This document shows positions 58,816-64,000 of a DNA stretch of 64,000 bases, piece by piece (the stretch's first letter is position 1; every line of letters begins with the position of its first letter). Source of the DNA: Azolla caroliniana. Its lineage: Eukaryota > Plantae > Polypodiophyta. Both the position numbers and the translations under genes were made by a program. The stretch covers positions 3,534,001 through 3,598,000 of the forward strand of contig JBHGNT010000022.1 of the NCBI GenBank assembly GCA_043228905.1, written 5' to 3'. The notes beneath the pieces were generated by a model. It saw only the letters and a list, made by a program, of their open reading frames with translations. It did not search any database and was not told where the DNA came from.

Positions 58816-61434
58816 GAATTACATGATGGACTTATTAATGAGAGGGCTGATATAGAGGAGGTAAAGACTGTGCCTAAATAGCTGTTGCAGACTTTGCAAG
58901 ACAGTAAATTGGATTTTCCTTTGTCATATCGTACTTGTTCAAGCTATCATAGTGCTTCTTTTGCATCAGATTGTTATGCTATGGTTGCCTCTGGTCTTTG
59001 TGATGAGAATGAGCCTGTTTCTTTTGATGAAGCACAAAATTCAGAAAATTGGATGGCTGCTATGCAATCAGAATATGATGCTATTATGAAGACTGGTACA
59101 TGGTCTTTATGTGACTTGCCTCCTGGCAAGAAGGCTATTGGCACTAAGTGGGTATATAAGCTAAAGCGTAAACATGATGGAACAATTGACATGTATAAGG
59201 CTAGGCTTGTTACGAAAGGTTATGCCCAAGAAAATGCATTGATTTTGATGAGACCTTTGTGCTCACCTGCCATATGACTACTGTTCGTAGCATCTGTGCA
59301 ATTGCAGCTCATTGTGGTTGGAATGTACATCAGTTGGACATTAAAACAATATTTCTAAATGGTGATCTTCATGAGGAACTGTATGTATCCCAGCCCTGAG
59401 GTTTTTGTGTAGAAAGGGCATGAACACAAAGTGTGCAAATTGAGAAAGGCATTATATGGCTTGAAGCAAGCACCACGTTCTTCGTATGAAAAGATACATG
59501 CCTATTTGATTACATTTGGGTTTGATAATAATCCAACTGAAAGCACCATATGTTAAGTGTGTTGATGATGTATTTCTGATCATGGTTGTGTATGTTGATG
59601 ATATGTTGCTCACTGGTCCCAATGAGAAGCATATTGCTGACTTTAGGGCTGATTTGCATGCCTCTTTTGAGATGTCAGATTTTGGGCATTTGCATCATTA
59701 TTTGGGCATTCAATTTATGCAAGTTGATGGTGGAATAGCTTTGTGTCAATGAAATACATTGACACATTATTGCAGCATTTTGGCCTTGAAGACTGTAAAC
59801 CTATTGCCACTCCCATGGGGACAGGTTTACGTTTGAGCCTTCATGATGCTGGAGATGCATTTCATGATGTTCTCTATCAGTAAGCAGTTGGATGCTTGAT
59901 TTACTTATGCATAAGTCGACCTGATATTTAGTTTGTTGTCTCTCAAATGATCAGGTTTATGCATTGCCCATGAGTTAAGCATTGGCAGGCAGTTACGCGC
60001 ATCTTTCGCTACTTGGGTGGTACCCGGTCACTTGGGTTGTTTTATCCAAAGAGGGGAACACTACCGCCTGATCTGCATGCTTTTTCTAACTCTGATTGGG
60101 TTGGTTCTTATGACACTCGTGTGTCCACAAGTGGTTTTTGCTTCATGCTTTGTAGCTCATGCATATCTTGGTTGAGCAAGAAGCAACCTACTGTGGCCAC
60201 TTCTAGTTGTGAGGCTGAGTATAGGGCAACTTTCACAACTACAGTTGAGTGTGCGTGGCTCAGATACCTTTTAGCTGATTTGGGTGTTGGTCAGTCTTCT
60301 GCCACCACCATCTTCGTTGACAGTCAAAGCACAATGGCAGTTGCGAGGAACCCTGTGTTCCATGCTTGCACTAAGCACATATGTCAGGGAAAGGTTCTCC
60401 GCCGGAGAGATCAGTTTGGCTTATGTGCCCATGCAAGAGAACAATGCAGACCTCTTCACAAAGGCTCTGCCTAGGGAGATGTTTGAAGCTTTCCGCAAAG
60501 CTTTAGGCCTACCTCCATTTGTGGATTGATCTTTATCCACATAGCTTGGTACTTGCATAGCCATGAGTGCTAGCTCCTTGTTCGAATCCGATTCGTTTGA
60601 ATCGAAGTACTCCGAAGACCGAACCAGAACAACTTTTCAACTTTTTGACACATACAATGTTTCCTTTTCACAATTTCAAAACTATACGAAAACGTTATAT
60701 ATTTATGTGACATGAATGAATAAATAAATCTTTCCCAAAATTGTTGTAGAGGTTTCCTGTTTGTGTTTCCAATTCCTAATTATCATTTTATCCTCAACGT
60801 GTAGACATCATCCCTAATCATCGTTTCAATTTAGAAGTTACCATTTTATCCTAAAGAAGTATATACCCAATCAAGAATGATCGATTTGGACTAAAAGTTA
60901 TGATTTTATCCTCAGGATATATACCCAATCGTGAATGTTCAAGACTTAATATGGCTAAGTAGCTTACCTTTTGTTTTTAATTTTTCTATTTGAAGTAAAC
61001 CCAATCACGAACGATGATTTTGATCTATAAGTGATCAATTTATTCTCAAGAAATATGCCCAATCATGAATGATCATTTTTCTTTTTGAAGTTATTAACTT
61101 ATTATCAACAAGTATACCAAATCATGAATGACCATTTTGGTTTCCTTTATTCAATTTGAAGTTATCACTTTTTATTAGAAGGAAAACCAATAATTGAAGA
61201 TCATTTTATATGAGAAGACATAAATTTAATCTCAATTTTAGCCAATCTTGAAGGATAAGTTTGGATTACAAGTTACAATTTTATCCTAAAGGACTATAGC
61301 CAATCGACAATTATTTCGCCTTAATATGCCGAACCATACATACTTTGGTTTAAATTTTTGTAGTTGTTGTCAACAAAGTTTATGGTTATTCGAATGATAA
61401 AGTCGTTAGAGAGTTGACAAAGACTAGTTCATTG

Positions 61435-61508
61435 TGGCCAATGGAGTTTTCGAACTTGAGACCTTTACGTTATTAGCACGACGCTCTAACGAACTAAGCT
61501 AATTAGCC
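61435..61508 (-). pseudogene. tRNA-Ile(AAT)-derived pseudogene, copy 1
   Basis: GGCTAATTAGCTTAGTTCGTTAGAGCGTCGTGCTAATAACGTAAAGGTCTCAAGTTCGAAAACTCCATTGGCCA is recognisably plant cytosolic tRNA-Ile(AAU), but the T-stem and D-loop GG are disrupted. Confidence 0.8.
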
Positions 61509-61605
61509 ATGGCTACTTTATATATAACCTACGCATATAATGTTTCCTTTTCACATTTTGAAACTATATGAAGTTGTTAGAGAGCTGACGAAGACTAGTT
61601 CATTG

Positions 61606-61679
61606 TGGCCAATGGAGTTTTCGAACCTGAGACCTTTACGTTATTAGCACGACGCTCTAACGAACTAAGCTAATTGGCC
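61606..61679 (-). tRNA. tRNA-Ile(AAT)-like sequence, copy 2 (probably a pseudogene)
   Basis: Perfect acceptor stem GGCCAAT/ATTGGCC, anticodon loop CTAATAA, GGTTCGA. The T-stem is mispaired (TCAGG/ACTCC) and no oligo-T terminator follows directly. Confidence 0.6.
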
Positions 61680-61751
61680 ATGCCTATTTTATATATTTCC
61701 AAGCCTACACATACAATGTTTCCCAAACTTGTTGTAGAGGTTTCTTGTTTA

Positions 61752-63314
61752 TGTTTGGAAACACCAGGCTATTTTTGTAAATAGTTGAAAGGGCACTTGA
61801 CCTAGCGTAGTTGGTATTGAAACCAACCCTTTGTAACTTAGTTGTTGTTGGAAAGAATGTACAGTTTCTTGTTCGATCTCTCTCTCTCTCTCTCTTGATT
61901 CTTTACATGGTATCAGAGGGTGTCGTTATCTGATCAAACACACTCAACTGTGTTGTGCTCACAACACCGACGATCATCAGAACCGGTTCAAGAAACAGAG
62001 GAGAAATCAAAATCATGAACATTAAAATAGGAAGCGTTTTTCCTACAAAGAAGCTAGATCGAACAAACTTCGCATCTTGGGAGTACAAGATGCATCAATA
62101 GCTTGTAGGACAAGGCTAGTGGAGGTATATTGAAGGTGCCCATGGAACGCAATCCAACCCAACACACGCCGACTACCCAACTTGGGAGCATGCATCGAGC
62201 CGTGTGTTGTACTGTCGTGCATCATGCGATCATCATCACATGCTCGTCTATATTCGAGAGTCGAAAACGGTGAAAGAGGCGAGGGGCAACCTCAAGAAGA
62301 TTTTTGTAGCCAACACGGTTGCACGTAAGCTCCAACTCTGACAAGAGCTAAATAGTATTCAACAAAGGGACATGTGAATCAGCACCTACACCTTGAAGAT
62401 CAAGGAGTTGTGTGATTCGCTCGGGTCGATTAATGTCGTTCTCGACGATGACAAAATGGTGCAAATATGCCTCAGAGGCATGGCACCTCGATTCAACACA
62501 ATAAGGTTGGTCGTTCTCGCGAGAGAGAATTCTCCCTCCTTCTTCGATCTTCAGTCAATATTGTTGGTCGAAGAAAATCATATTGGACCAAGGAACAACT
62601 CACATAATGGTCAGATGCTCTATTCGAACCTCGAAGGAGGAAGAGGACAAGGTTGAGGAAAAAGAGGCCGATTTGGACGAGGCCAACACAACCAAGAGCA
62701 ACCTTGTGAAGAGAACTTCTACTACCAACAAGACGCATCAAACACGCGAGGCGGAGAGTCCGGAAGAAAGGCGAACTAGCCTGCTTGACCAAGCAATCGT
62801 AACGGCCCGATCAAATGAGGGTACTATGGAAAACTCGACCACTACAAGGACGAGTGCCAAAAGAAGAAGCGAGACTCTCCTTCGACTAGTCTACAACTCA
62901 CGAATTATGCATTAAATTACCACTACGACGATCATATCGGAATGTTCATGATGAGGCACAAAGTGCACTCAATGTGTACAAAAGGCGAAACAAGCACCAC
63001 GCCCTCAAATAATGTATCATTCGTTGACTCAGGAGCATTCAATCATAGGACATCTCATGACGATTGGTTCTGAGAATAATGAAAGCCCAAATGGCTCGGA
63101 AATGTCAAACAGGCAATGACATGACTCATTCAATACGGCATATCGAGAACGTCCCATTCAGAAACAATGTCAAACAAACCTACCTCAAAAACGTCCTACA
63201 TGTCCCAAACATCACGAAAAACCTGGTCTCGGTTGGCCAGTTTGTAAAACAAGGCATGCAAGTACGATTCAACATTGACGGAAGCTTCATTGAGAAAGAC
63301 CATCGAGTTGTAGC
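61752..63314 (+). mobile_element. Ty1/copia 5' remnant (short LTR, PBS-Met at 61908, gag, PR)
   Basis: TGGTATCAGAG; FPTKKLDRTNFASWEYKMHQ; FVDSGAFNH; LKNVLHVPNITKNLVSVGQ. Confidence 0.8.
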
Positions 63315-63565
63315 TCAATCATGAATGATCATTTTTGTTTCCTTTATTCAATTCGAAGTTATCACTTTGTATTTGAAAGAAACCCAATCATGATGGATCA
63401 TTTTATATGAGAAGTCGTAAATTTGATCTCAATTATAGCCAATCTTGAAGGATAAGTCTGGATTACAACTTATAATTTTATTCTACATAAGTATAACTAA
63501 TTGACAACTATCTCGCCTTAATATGCCCAAGCATACATACTTTTGATTTAAAGTTTAGTCGTTGT
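63315..63565. repeat. AT-rich repeat unit (partial copy 3)
   Basis: Matches 61120-61370 (CCAATCTTGAAGGATAAGT.TGGATTACAA...CGCCTTAATATGCC). Confidence 0.8.
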
Positions 63566-64000
63566 TGTGAAAGTGTTTTTAGAATTCAAGGTATTGAAGT
63601 CTACAAGAATATAAGGTATGGTGCGTTCACATCCGGAGGGCAAGATCACGAGCTAAGGTCTTGAGGATAAGTCAAACAAAAAGCAAGTCACGTGGAGAAA
63701 AGTAAAAGAAGAAAAAAGTGGGCACCAAAATGCAGTCTACAACGAATGCTCATAACTCTCTCGTTTGACACCCAAATATCACGTGTAAATATGGGTTAGA
63801 AAGCTTATAACGAGAGCTATCCGTAGCTTTTTAAAACTCTAAATTTGGAGCATGGATGAGGGAGATATGACGATTAGAAGATCATTGTGTCATAGCTAAG
63901 AATAGGAGATGGAAAAGCTCTAAAAAAGCGTGGAAAAGAAAGCAAGCGAAACTTATCTACTAGGGGAGAACTTCATATAAAGCAAGAAGAGTGAGGTGGT

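Larger units (their letters stand above)
55921..60600 (+). mobile_element. Ty1/copia element C (decayed; 5' LTR present, 3' LTR not seen)
   Basis: Starts TGTTGACA exactly where the host repeat breaks. gag (DKLDGTNYPLW), CKYCKGIDH, PR (WYFDSGATNH), INT (LVHCDVCG), RT (VVYVDDML), RH (SCEAEY...ADLFTKAL). Confidence 0.88.
60645..61751. repeat. AT-rich ~1-kb repeat unit (copy 2) containing two tRNA-Ile-derived sequences
   Basis: TTTCC(C)AAA.TTGTTGTAGAGGTTTC recurs near 55583, 60731 and 61719; 61120-61370 recurs at 63315-63565. Confidence 0.8.

Noticed and set aside
61435-61679. Functional tRNA-Ile genes
   Set aside because: Broken T-stem, lost D-loop GG and no adjacent oligo-T terminator; kept only as tRNA-derived sequence.
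63566-64000. Possible start of another LTR or element at the window end
   Set aside because: It begins with TG where the host repeat stops, but no second end, PBS or coding motif is visible in the window.

Overview
Eukaryotic nuclear DNA from a plant. The retroelement types suggest a large-genome non-seed plant such as a fern, but that is inference. Most of the window is nested, decayed LTR retrotransposons (Ty1/copia, chromoviral Ty3/gypsy and tRNA-Trp-primed non-chromoviral Ty3/gypsy), resolved here by LTR ends, primer-binding sites (PBS), polypurine tracts (PPT) and target-site duplications (TSDs). There is one apparently intact host gene: a 7-coding-exon MACPF-domain gene (NSL1/CAD1/At4g24290 family, 611 aa, minus strand, 7588-11950). 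The most unusual structure is a chromovirus-derived insertion (48372-52084) bounded by two inverted U3 ends yet carrying a perfect 5-bp TSD, in a family whose U5 ends read TA instead of CA. Other notable features are a 418-bp-arm fold-back of an LTR U3 with head-to-head TATA boxes (26210-27065), a hairpin-repeat array and Pol III-like boxes in the chromovirus leader, a ~700-codon decayed coiled-coil extra ORF abutting an LTR, and an AT-rich ~1-kb repeat carrying tandem tRNA-Ile-derived copies. Coordinates were read by eye: boundaries without a TSD are approximate, and no database search was run.
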